This document shows positions 31,744 to 42,635 of a stretch of DNA of 54,000 nt, piece after piece. The position numbers were made by a program, and so were the translations under genes. The DNA lies in contig CBFFSA010000053.1 in assembly GCA_965644495.1 (NCBI GenBank), forward strand, positions 1-54,000. Reading direction: 5' to 3'. The DNA is from Perkinsela sp. CCAP 1560/9 (Eukaryota > Protista > Euglenozoa: Kinetoplastea). Under the pieces are notes generated by a model, which was not told the DNA's origin, made no database searches, and was given only the letters and a program-made list of their open reading frames with translations. Position 1 is the first letter of the stretch. Every line of letters starts with the position of its first letter.

Positions 31744-33624
31744 GTCGACCAACAAGTTCGCACATTAGAAAAGCTCTTAAAAGTTCTTATTATTATTCAC
31801 AACGATTATCCGTGTTTAGAATGCCTGCGAGATTTAGGATAATACGAACGATCTTTGGGAGAAGGCTCAGAAAAAAAAAAAAAAAAAAATAGAATATATT
31901 TTAGAAGAAAGAATTTTTCAGTCTTGAACCATACAAGATATTGGGCGTCCGGTGAAGTCAAGACCTTTGCTTGGCCCGTTCGATTTTGAAGAAATACAAG
32001 ATTTTCGTAGTGAAAGTTCGAGCTCATAGCGGAAACTTTATGAATGAACTCGTGGACAAACTAGCGAACGAGGCAGCAGTCGAACTCGTGCGTGAACCAG
32101 TGAATCCCTCAACCACAGCGTGTAGAGTTATAAATTCTACGGCCGAATGCGGCCATAAGTGCCGTGATAAGGCCTCATGTCTACATTCCTGTTGTAAGCG
32201 ACATTTAGGAGTAGCGAAGGATAATGTCAACATTTCTTTGTCATAATAGTCGAACACTTAGCCACTTAGTCAGAAAGTGGTATATTATTATTATTATATT
32301 ATTATTAAGCTCGGAATATATCTCCGAATGTCTTATCAGGTGCCCTAGAAGTCGTGCCCGGTTTACCTTATGTAGTGTGGAGAATAATGGTGTGTCAACG
32401 TAAAGGGCAGTAAGAGGTATACTTTTACCACGGTGGTCCAATTTTGGGCAACGACATATGATGCGACGCATTTTGTTTACCTGAATGTCTACCCAATTTA
32501 ACGTTTTATCCGTCAATACAAGAGTACCTGAGTTATAGTTCAGAACGGGGTAAACCAGTGTATCGAAAAGGCGAAGTTTAGTTTTCACAGATAGTGGTGA
32601 TATCCATATTCCTTGAAATTTTGAGAAGCTTGCCCAGGTAAGCCGCACCCTGTCCCTAATGCACGCCTTGGGGTCCTGTTCATGAAAAAGGTGCCCTAGG
32701 TAACGGTAACTCTCGACGTGTGGAACCTTTCCCAATGTATCGGATATTATTTCTTCGATGTTGTTATTTTTTCCTATGCTCATCCAGGCGGTTTTGGTGG
32801 GCCCAACAGCAATCTTTAAATTCGCAGCAAGAATTGTGCATCATAAATATTATAAGAAAGAAAGAAAGCACTAAGCAAAACAATATCTTCATTCCCCTCT
32901 TCTATCTGATATTTGATACGTTCAATTCTATGCACATTCAAAATTCATATGAATACTTTTTTTTTTTTTTTTTTTTTTTATCATGCAGTATGACTGCAGA
33001 GATTGTCACCTAAGAAAAATACACGCAGATCATGTATAAACCCCGCACAAAACGGGTTTCCCTTAAGCTTTTCATCATCGCTATATGCTGGCTTCCGTCC
33101 AGCTCGGGTTATCGCGGTTTTGAAAAATCGCGAAACTTCCTCGTATTGCTCTTTTGACAAGCTTCTGTCGACATTGCGAGGCGGTGGCCTTGTTACCTCC
33201 GAAAAGTGAGTTGAGCGCTCGCGTAGAGGAGTTGAGCTTCCCTCTGGCCCCCACTTCGATGACAAGAAGAAAGGTTGCCGTGTTAGTCATTTTCCTTTCG
33301 AGTATGACCGGTCATAACATAACGAAATTAAATAATCCCACAACACTTCTGTCCTCTCCCAGCTTGCGAACGGGTGACGCGGGGACCACCCATTCGCTCG
33401 TCCTACTTCCATTTACAACCCAATCGCACGTTGATGTATTTCAGCGGTGCCTACTCCGCCCAAATAAATCATAAGGAAATTCCGTATCGCTCACCGTGCC
33501 CGTGCTTCTCGATATTCACTGCTACATTGTTTTTTTTGCATATAATTGGGGGGAGTAGTATTGAGTCTAACTATTGAGTCTTTTCTGTACCTTGTTGATT
33601 TTAATTTTCTATTTTTCTACGCTT

Positions 33625-36600
33625 ATGACACGCCTTTCTCGTACGTCTTCTCGTTTAGATTCCGAAAACACGCGGAAAAAGGGCAGCAGAACAACAGTGA
33701 ACAACGGGAAGTCTCACGGGAGAGTTGAAAAACAACGTACTCAACGAGATCAAAGCAAGACGAACGGAATAAAGGTAGCAGAAGAATCAGGATCGCACAC
33801 GGAGACACCAGTGAAGGTGAAGAAGACTCCAAAGATCAAGATAATAGGTTCCAAAACACTAGCCCCGAATTGGGCGGACCATGAGCCTCCGTGTGAAATC
33901 ACATCGCGGAATCTAATCAAAATCAAAGCCAAGAACTTCCGCATCGGATCTACGAGTCAATCACACGAGAACATAGCCCATGACGAAAACCATATCCAAG
34001 AGGACCCAGCCAAAGAAATGTCCGAAACAGAAAGCGAGACCAGTGATACAATGTGTCTGGACGACGATGGATCGACGCAAGATCGAGTACAGGAGCTAAT
34101 GACACAGGCCGGCAACAAATCGCCCGACCAAGTGTACAACATCGTTTCCAAGTGGGGCAAGGGTACAGAATGTGTGATCGAATGGGGCTTCCGACAGAAC
34201 ACTACAAACTACAAGTCAAACGGCATCGTTGTAGGCAGGACCGTGCGAAAATCAACCGTGAAAGTCAAGATTTCATACGAGCCGGCTCTAGGTCACGATG
34301 GTCCATGCGGTTTTCTTTATCTTCCACCGTCCAATAAAATCAGAATCTGTAACCTCCAAGCCACTAAGTTATTCAAAATCGAGATGCCGACACAAAATTT
34401 GGAGGAACAAGCGGAGCACATCTCATGCGAAGACGGTCAGAGTGACCTTGATCCGCTCCCGCCTATGGCTCAAATAGACCCATCTTTCGCGGTTCATGTT
34501 GTGGCGATTTTCCGTGCGATAATTCGGGGATATGCAGCGGCGGAGCTTGACTCAGAAAAAGAGGCGATATGGCACAAATTTTTGAATGCGCCTCGCGATT
34601 CACTTGCGACAGTACGTCAAGCAATTCGACGAAACCAAAAAGTAGCTCATGTTCGCAACGACCGAGAAAACTTGGAAGCTAGCAACTTGAGTGCGGAACA
34701 ACGGGCGGAGTTAGAAATTGACAGGCGTTCGATCAGGCACGCCCTACAGACGGCGCGGGCAGGAAACCTTGGCAAAGCAACTCGGATCCTGGACAATGTC
34801 TACAAGGAATCAGCTCTCACTCCTGAAGAAAAAGTGCGAAAGCTTCAACAACTTCATCCTGAAGGCGACGCCATACGAATCCCGGAAGCAGACTTCCCAC
34901 GGACTGGCGTTGTTGAGAAATCAGAGGTTCGCCTAGCGACCGAAAAATTATCCAGAGGCGCTTCACCAGGACCAACCGGCCTGAGTGAAAGCATGATGCG
35001 ACTGCTCGTAGACGACGAAGAGTCATGTCTTTCACTTTGCCACATGCTTCGGGATGTCATCAACGGCGAAGTTCCTCTGAATGTGCGAAAACGTCTAACC
35101 CGATGCAGAATCATCGCGCTAGCGAAACCTCAAAATGGAATTCGACCTATTGCGATGGGGGATACCATTCTGAAGATTTGCGGTTCCATCCTTCTACAAC
35201 GACATGAAAACGCTCTGCAAAATTTTTTCTCCCCAATTCAACGAGGCATTTTGCAAAAAAACGCATGTGAGTCCATCGTTCACGAACTTTTAAATGAATA
35301 CGAAGAAGGACATGCTATCCTCACCGTCGATTTTAGCAACGCGTATAATACACCACAACGCAACGCCATTGCTGAGGCACTCCTTGGTAATCCCATTTTC
35401 AAGCCTTTCATGCGCCTATTCTACCTAGAATATGGGATTCCCTCTGAGCTGCTATTTTTTGCGCACAATGCTCTGTTTGCTACCATCGAAAGCTCTTCAG
35501 GAATTCGCCAAGGATCGGCACTTTCATCAATGTACTTCTGCGCACTTTTGCAAGGCCCGCTACGAGAACTCATGCACCTCTATCCTGACGTGAAGATCCG
35601 AGCATACCAAGACGATGTGACTTTGAGCTCCAAAAACGTGCAAGCATTGGAGGCAGCTTTCTTTTACCTGCGTGAGATCGCCGCAGAGATGAACCTCCGA
35701 ATTAATTTCCAGAAATGCGATTGGTTTCAGAAGAACATTCCCAACATAGCTCAGCCTCCTCCGTTGGAAAAACTTGGAGTAAACTTTTGCAGTGATGCGA
35801 TAAAAGTCTTAGGCGCATACGTAGGTACAGACCAAGTCGTGGAAAATCTGCTGATCAAGAAAATGGAGAAACACAAGTGCCTATTCCGCAGGTTGTTGCT
35901 TATGGGTCCCAGTAATTTGTCTCTTGCCATTCTCCGCCGTTGTACGATTCCACGGCACGATTACCATCTACGAGTACATCGGCCAGGCGCTACTTTCCAA
36001 CTAGCACAATCCTTCGAGAACCAAGTAAACAAAGTTCTAGAAAAGTGGAGTGGAGCAGACGCAAACGCCCTGAAACTCGCCGCTCTACCACAGAAACTCG
36101 GTGGCCTAGGCTTAATTTCCTCGACTCTGAAGCAAAAACATTTCTTCGAAACTGCCAGCAAATCTATTGATGAGCACCTTAAACCCAATAACGCTCCGGT
36201 AGATCAGAAAGGCAGCGAAAAAGCTATGAAACAACCGCAAAGTCGAGGAGAGGCAGCGCGCAAGCTATTGAAAAAGAAGCTAAGTGCAGAACACGATAAA
36301 CAGATAACTGAGCTGCAGAAGGATTCTCACATGGGACTTTTATTGAAGCGTACAAAGGAATCAAACATGCATTTAGAAAGCACCAGCAATTATGTAAACC
36401 CGTACCTCTTCCGATACACTTTGATGATGCGTTTGGGCATCGGATTACATAACGCACCGGCCGATGTTATATGCCCTGGATGCTGTGGCCATGAATCTCC
36501 TACCAGCATTATACCACACGTCGCAGGATGCTCCCGGTGCTCGGGCATGAATTGCACCAGAAAGCACTCACACATAGTGAGGTACCTCGCAGATTTGTGC

Positions 36601-37113
36601 TCCAAAGCTGGTCTCCCTTGTATTATCGAACCGCGCATCCATTCTTCGTTTTTCTGTACTAAGTGCAAGTGTTCCATCTCAGCGGAAGTAGCTGAACATC
36701 ATCCTTGCAAAGCCCGCAGAATCCGATCCGGTCCTGATCTTGCTATTATGTGGCCCCACATGGGGGAGGTCCTGTATGATTTTACCGTTGTTCACACTTG
36801 TTGCAGCAGCTATGCCAAACAAACAAGTACAGCGCTGATGCAGCACGTGCTCGACAAGAAATTCAAGAAGTACGTTACGGAGAAAGGCGTAGAAAGCGAC
36901 TCTTTTCGTTGCCTGGCCGCCTCTGACTGCGGTCTTCTGCACAACGACACCAAAACCCTCCTCAAGGCATTATCCCAACGAGCCAAACAAAAGTACGAAG
37001 ACGTACGTGAGGCCTTCCAACTCGAGATAGAAAAGCTAGCAGCGTATACTATTGTATCGCAGCTCCGCGAGTATATTCCAGAAGCACATTGGATTGGTGG
37101 ACTGCGTCAGTGA
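33625..37113 (+). CDS. Lineage D RT-REL protein copy 4
   Basis: As copy 2. Confidence 0.9.
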   Translation: MTRLSRTSSRLDSENTRKKGSRTTVNNGKSHGRVEKQRTQRDQSKTNGIKVAEESGSHTETPVKVKKTPKIKIIGSKTLAPNWADHEPPCEITSRNLIKIKAKNFRIGSTSQSHENIAHDENHIQEDPAKEMSETESETSDTMCLDDDGSTQDRVQELMTQAGNKSPDQVYNIVSKWGKGTECVIEWGFRQNTTNYKSNGIVVGRTVRKSTVKVKISYEPALGHDGPCGFLYLPPSNKIRICNLQATKLFKIEMPTQNLEEQAEHISCEDGQSDLDPLPPMAQIDPSFAVHVVAIFRAIIRGYAAAELDSEKEAIWHKFLNAPRDSLATVRQAIRRNQKVAHVRNDRENLEASNLSAEQRAELEIDRRSIRHALQTARAGNLGKATRILDNVYKESALTPEEKVRKLQQLHPEGDAIRIPEADFPRTGVVEKSEVRLATEKLSRGASPGPTGLSESMMRLLVDDEESCLSLCHMLRDVINGEVPLNVRKRLTRCRIIALAKPQNGIRPIAMGDTILKICGSILLQRHENALQNFFSPIQRGILQKNACESIVHELLNEYEEGHAILTVDFSNAYNTPQRNAIAEALLGNPIFKPFMRLFYLEYGIPSELLFFAHNALFATIESSSGIRQGSALSSMYFCALLQGPLRELMHLYPDVKIRAYQDDVTLSSKNVQALEAAFFYLREIAAEMNLRINFQKCDWFQKNIPNIAQPPPLEKLGVNFCSDAIKVLGAYVGTDQVVENLLIKKMEKHKCLFRRLLLMGPSNLSLAILRRCTIPRHDYHLRVHRPGATFQLAQSFENQVNKVLEKWSGADANALKLAALPQKLGGLGLISSTLKQKHFFETASKSIDEHLKPNNAPVDQKGSEKAMKQPQSRGEAARKLLKKKLSAEHDKQITELQKDSHMGLLLKRTKESNMHLESTSNYVNPYLFRYTLMMRLGIGLHNAPADVICPGCCGHESPTSIIPHVAGCSRCSGMNCTRKHSHIVRYLADLCSKAGLPCIIEPRIHSSFFCTKCKCSISAEVAEHHPCKARRIRSGPDLAIMWPHMGEVLYDFTVVHTCCSSYAKQTSTALMQHVLDKKFKKYVTEKGVESDSFRCLAASDCGLLHNDTKTLLKALSQRAKQKYEDVREAFQLEIEKLAAYTIVSQLREYIPEAHWIGGLRQ

Positions 37114-38994
37114 GTCGACCAACAAGTTCGCACATTAGAAAAGCTCTTAAAAGTTCTTATTATTATTCACAACGATTATCCGTGTTTAGAATGCCTGCGA
37201 GATTTAGGATAATACGAACGATCTTTGGGAGAAGGCTCAGAAAAAAAAAAAAAAAAAATAGAATATATTTTAGAAGAAAGAATTTTTCAGTCTTGAACCA
37301 TACAAGATATTGGGCGTCCGGTGAAGTCAAGACCTTTGCTTGGCCCGTTCGATTTTGAAGAAATACAAGATTTTCGTAGTGAAAGTTCGAGCTCATAGCG
37401 GAAACTTTATGAATGAACTCGTGGACAAACTAGCGAACGAGGCAGCAGTCGAACTCGTGCGTGAACCAGTGAATCCCTCAACCACAGCGTGTAGAGTTAT
37501 AAATTCTACGGCCGAATGCGGCCATAAGTGCCGTGATAAGGCCTCATGTCTACATTCCTGTTGTAAGCGACATTTAGGAGTAGCGAAGGATAATGTCAAC
37601 ATTTCTTTGTCATAATAGTCGAACACTTAGCCACTTAGTCAGAAAGTGGTATATTATTATTATTATATTATTATTAAGCTCGGAATATATCTCCGAATGT
37701 CTTATCAGGTGCCCTAGAAGTCGTGCCCGGTTTACCTTATGTAGTGTGGAGAATAATGGTGTGTCAACGTAAAGGGCAGTAAGAGGTATACTTTTACCAC
37801 GGTGGTCCAATTTTGGGCAACGACATATGATGCGACGCATTTTGTTTACCTGAATGTCTACCCAATTTAACGTTTTATCCGTCAATACAAGAGTACCTGA
37901 GTTATAGTTCAGAACGGGGTAAACCAGTGTATCGAAAAGGCGAAGTTTAGTTTTCACAGATAGTGGTGATATCCATATTCCTTGAAATTTTGAGAAGCTT
38001 GCCCAGGTAAGCCGCACCCTGTCCCTAATGCACGCCTTGGGGTCCTGTTCATGAAAAAGGTGCCCTAGGTAACGGTAACTCTCGACGTGTGGAACCTTTC
38101 CCAATGTATCGGATATTATTTCTTCGATGTTGTTATTTTTTCCTATGCTCATCCAGGCGGTTTTGGTGGGCCCAACAGCAATCTTTAAATTCGCAGCAAG
38201 AATTGTGCATCATAAATATTATAAGAAAGAAAGAAAGCACTAAGCAAAACAATATCTTCATTCCCCTCTTCTATCTGATATTTGATACGTTCAATTCTAT
38301 GCACATTCAAAATTCATATGAATACTTTTTTTTTTTTTTTTTTTTTTTTATCATGCAGTATGACTGCAGAGATTGTCACCTAAGAAAAATACACGCAGAT
38401 CATGTATAAACCCCGCACAAAACGGGTTTCCCTTAAGCTTTTCATCATCGCTATATGCTGGCTTCCGTCCAGCTCGGGTTATCGCGGTTTTGAAAAATCG
38501 CGAAACTTCCTCGTATTGCTCTTTTGACAAGCTTCTGTCGACATTGCGAGGCGGTGGCCTTGTTACCTCCGAAAAGTGAGTTGAGCGCTCGCGTAGAGGA
38601 GTTGAGCTTCCCTCTGGCCCCCACTTCGATGACAAGAAGAAAGGTTGCCGTGTTAGTCATTTTCCTTTCGAGTATGACCGGTCATAACATAACGAAATTA
38701 AATAATCCCACAACACTTCTGTCCTCTCCCAGCTTGCGAACGGGTGACGCGGGGACCACCCATTCGCTCGTCCTACTTCCATTTACAACCCAATCGCACG
38801 TTGATGTATTTCAGCGGTGCCTACTCCGCCCAAATAAATCATAAGGAAATTCCGTATCGCTCACCGTGCCCGTGCTTCTCGATATTCACTGCTACATTGT
38901 TTTTTTTGCATATAATTGGGGGGAGTAGTATTGAGTCTAACTATTGAGTCTTTTCTGTACCTTGTTGATTTTAATTTTCTATTTTTCTACGCTT

Positions 38995-41900
38995 ATGACA
39001 CGCCTTTCTCGTACGTCTTCTCGTTTAGATTCCGAAAACACGCGGAAAAAGGGCAGCAGAACAACAGTGAACAACGGGAAGTCTCACGGGAGAGTTGAAA
39101 AACAACGTACTCAACGAGATCAAAGCAAGACGAACGGAATAAAGGTAGCAGAAGAATCAGGATCGCACACGGAGACACCAGTGAAGGTGAAGAAGACTCC
39201 AAAGATCAAGATAATAGGTTCCAAAACACTAGCCCCGAATTGGGCGGACCATGAGCCTCCGTGTGAAATCACATCGCGGAATCTAATCAAAATCAAAGCC
39301 AAGAACTTCCGCATCGGATCTACGAGTCAATCACACGAGAACATAGCCCATGACGAAAACCATATCCAAGAGGACCCAGCCAAAGAAATGTCCGAAACAG
39401 AAAGCGAGACCAGTGATACAATGTGTCTGGACGACGATGGATCGACGCAAGATCGAGTACAGGAGCTAATGACACAGGCCGGCAACAAATCGCCCGACCA
39501 AGTGTACAACATCGTTTCCAAGTGGGGCAAGGGTACAGAATGTGTGATCGAATGGGGCTTCCGACAGAACACTACAAACTACAAGTCAAACGGCATCGTT
39601 GTAGGCAGGACCGTGCGAAAATCAACCGTGAAAGTCAAGATTTCATACGAGCCGGCTCTAGGTCACGATGGTCCATGCGGTTTTCTTTATCTTCCACCGT
39701 CCAATAAAATCAGAATCTGTAACCTCCAAGCCACTAAGTTATTCAAAATCGAGATGCCGACACAAAATTTGGAGGAACAAGCGGAGCACATCTCATGCGA
39801 AGACGGTCAGAGTGACCTTGATCCGCTCCCGCCTATGGCTCAAATAGACCCATCTTTCGCGGTTCATGTTGTGGCGATTTTCCGTGCGATAATTCGGGGA
39901 TATGCAGCGGCGGAGCTTGACTCAGAAAAAGAGGCGATATGGCACAAATTTTTGAATGCGCCTCGCGATTCACTTGCGACAGTACGTCAAGCAATTCGAC
40001 GAAACCAAAAAGTAGCTCATGTTCGCAACGACCGAGAAAACTTGGAAGCTAGCAACTTGAGTGCGGAACAACGGGCGGAGTTAGAAATTGACAGGCGTTC
40101 GATCAGGCACGCCCTACAGACGGCGCGGGCAGGAAACCTTGGCAAAGCAACTCGGATCCTGGACAATGTCTACAAGGAATCAGCTCTCACTCCTGAAGAA
40201 AAAGTGCGAAAGCTTCAACAACTTCATCCTGAAGGCGACGCCATACGAATCCCGGAAGCAGACTTCCCACGGACTGGCGTTGTTGAGAAATCAGAGGTTC
40301 GCCTAGCGACCGAAAAATTATCCAGAGGCGCTTCACCAGGACCAACCGGCCTGAGTGAAAGCATGATGCGACTGCTCGTAGACGACGAAGAGTCATGTCT
40401 TTCACTTTGCCACATGCTTCGGGATGTCATCAACGGCGAAGTTCCTCTGAATGTGCGAAAACGTCTAACCCGATGCAGAATCATCGCGCTAGCGAAACCT
40501 CAAAATGGAATTCGACCTATTGCGATGGGGGATACCATTCTGAAGATTTGCGGTTCCATCCTTCTACAACGACATGAAAACGCTCTGCAAAATTTTTTCT
40601 CCCCAATTCAACGAGGCATTTTGCAAAAAAACGCATGTGAGTCCATCGTTCACGAACTTTTAAATGAATACGAAGAAGGACATGCTATCCTCACCGTCGA
40701 TTTTAGCAACGCGTATAATACACCACAACGCAACGCCATTGCTGAGGCACTCCTTGGTAATCCCATTTTCAAGCCTTTCATGCGCCTATTCTACCTAGAA
40801 TATGGGATTCCCTCTGAGCTGCTATTTTTTGCGCACAATGCTCTGTTTGCTACCATCGAAAGCTCTTCAGGAATTCGCCAAGGATCGGCACTTTCATCAA
40901 TGTACTTCTGCGCACTTTTGCAAGGCCCGCTACGAGAACTCATGCACCTCTATCCTGACGTGAAGATCCGAGCATACCAAGACGATGTGACTTTGAGCTC
41001 CAAAAACGTGCAAGCATTGGAGGCAGCTTTCTTTTACCTGCGTGAGATCGCCGCAGAGATGAACCTCCGAATTAATTTCCAGAAATGCGATTGGTTTCAG
41101 AAGAACATTCCCAACATAGCTCAGCCTCCTCCGTTGGAAAAACTTGGAGTAAACTTTTGCAGTGATGCGATAAAAGTCTTAGGCGCATACGTAGGTACAG
41201 ACCAAGTCGTGGAAAATCTGCTGATCAAGAAAATGGAGAAACACAAGTGCCTATTCCGCAGGTTGTTGCTTATGGGTCCCAGTAATTTGTCTCTTGCCAT
41301 TCTCCGCCGTTGTACGATTCCACGGCACGATTACCATCTACGAGTACATCGGCCAGGCGCTACTTTCCAACTAGCACAATCCTTCGAGAACCAAGTAAAC
41401 AAAGTTCTAGAAAAGTGGAGTGGAGCAGACGCAAACGCCCTGAAACTCGCCGCTCTACCACAGAAACTCGGTGGCCTAGGCTTAATTTCCTCGACTCTGA
41501 AGCAAAAACATTTCTTCGAAACTGCCAGCAAATCTATTGATGAGCACCTTAAACCCAATAACGCTCCGGTAGATCAGAAAGGCAGCGAAAAAGCTATGAA
41601 ACAACCGCAAAGTCGAGGAGAGGCAGCGCGCAAGCTATTGAAAAAGAAGCTAAGTGCAGAACACGATAAACAGATAACTGAGCTGCAGAAGGATTCTCAC
41701 ATGGGACTTTTATTGAAGCGTACAAAGGAATCAAACATGCATTTAGAAAGCACCAGCAATTATGTAAACCCGTACCTCTTCCGATACACTTTGATGATGC
41801 GTTTGGGCATCGGATTACATAACGCACCGGCCGATGTTATATGCCCTGGATGCTGTGGCCATGAATCTCCTACCAGCATTATACCACACGTCGCAGGATG

Positions 41901-42483
41901 CTCCCGGTGCTCGGGCATGAATTGCACCAGAAAGCACTCACACATAGTGAGGTACCTCGCAGATTTGTGCTCCAAAGCTGGTCTCCCTTGTATTATCGAA
42001 CCGCGCATCCATTCTTCGTTTTTCTGTACTAAGTGCAAGTGTTCCATCTCAGCGGAAGTAGCTGAACATCATCCTTGCAAAGCCCGCAGAATCCGATCCG
42101 GTCCTGATCTTGCTATTATGTGGCCCCACATGGGGGAGGTCCTGTATGATTTTACCGTTGTTCACACTTGTTGCAGCAGCTATGCCAAACAAACAAGTAC
42201 AGCGCTGATGCAGCACGTGCTCGACAAGAAATTCAAGAAGTACGTTACGGAGAAAGGCGTAGAAAGCGACTCTTTTCGTTGCCTGGCCGCCTCTGACTGC
42301 GGTCTTCTGCACAACGACACCAAAACCCTCCTCAAGGCATTATCCCAACGAGCCAAACAAAAGTACGAAGACGTACGTGAGGCCTTCCAACTCGAGATAG
42401 AAAAGCTAGCAGCGTATACTATTGTATCGCAGCTCCGCGAGTATATTCCAGAAGCACATTGGATTGGTGGACTGCGTCAGTGA
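38995..42483 (+). CDS. Lineage D RT-REL protein copy 5
   Basis: As copy 2. Confidence 0.9.
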   Translation: MTRLSRTSSRLDSENTRKKGSRTTVNNGKSHGRVEKQRTQRDQSKTNGIKVAEESGSHTETPVKVKKTPKIKIIGSKTLAPNWADHEPPCEITSRNLIKIKAKNFRIGSTSQSHENIAHDENHIQEDPAKEMSETESETSDTMCLDDDGSTQDRVQELMTQAGNKSPDQVYNIVSKWGKGTECVIEWGFRQNTTNYKSNGIVVGRTVRKSTVKVKISYEPALGHDGPCGFLYLPPSNKIRICNLQATKLFKIEMPTQNLEEQAEHISCEDGQSDLDPLPPMAQIDPSFAVHVVAIFRAIIRGYAAAELDSEKEAIWHKFLNAPRDSLATVRQAIRRNQKVAHVRNDRENLEASNLSAEQRAELEIDRRSIRHALQTARAGNLGKATRILDNVYKESALTPEEKVRKLQQLHPEGDAIRIPEADFPRTGVVEKSEVRLATEKLSRGASPGPTGLSESMMRLLVDDEESCLSLCHMLRDVINGEVPLNVRKRLTRCRIIALAKPQNGIRPIAMGDTILKICGSILLQRHENALQNFFSPIQRGILQKNACESIVHELLNEYEEGHAILTVDFSNAYNTPQRNAIAEALLGNPIFKPFMRLFYLEYGIPSELLFFAHNALFATIESSSGIRQGSALSSMYFCALLQGPLRELMHLYPDVKIRAYQDDVTLSSKNVQALEAAFFYLREIAAEMNLRINFQKCDWFQKNIPNIAQPPPLEKLGVNFCSDAIKVLGAYVGTDQVVENLLIKKMEKHKCLFRRLLLMGPSNLSLAILRRCTIPRHDYHLRVHRPGATFQLAQSFENQVNKVLEKWSGADANALKLAALPQKLGGLGLISSTLKQKHFFETASKSIDEHLKPNNAPVDQKGSEKAMKQPQSRGEAARKLLKKKLSAEHDKQITELQKDSHMGLLLKRTKESNMHLESTSNYVNPYLFRYTLMMRLGIGLHNAPADVICPGCCGHESPTSIIPHVAGCSRCSGMNCTRKHSHIVRYLADLCSKAGLPCIIEPRIHSSFFCTKCKCSISAEVAEHHPCKARRIRSGPDLAIMWPHMGEVLYDFTVVHTCCSSYAKQTSTALMQHVLDKKFKKYVTEKGVESDSFRCLAASDCGLLHNDTKTLLKALSQRAKQKYEDVREAFQLEIEKLAAYTIVSQLREYIPEAHWIGGLRQ

Positions 42484-42635
42484 GTCGACCAACAAGTTCG
42501 CACATTAGAAAAGCTCTTAAAAGTTCTTATTATTATTCACAACGATTATCCGTGTTTAGAATGCCTGCGAGATTTAGGATAATACGAACGATCTTTGGGA
42601 GAAGGCTCAGAAAAAAAAAAAAAAAAAATAGAATA

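Larger units (their letters stand above)
17224..42628 (+). repeat. Tandem array, ~5370-bp unit (D element + ~1.7-kb spacer): 5 D copies, 4 spacers
   Basis: ORF stops at 21001, 26372, 31743, 37113 and 42483 (spacing 5371, 5371, 5370, 5370); only scattered SNPs and homopolymer differences between units. Confidence 0.97.
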
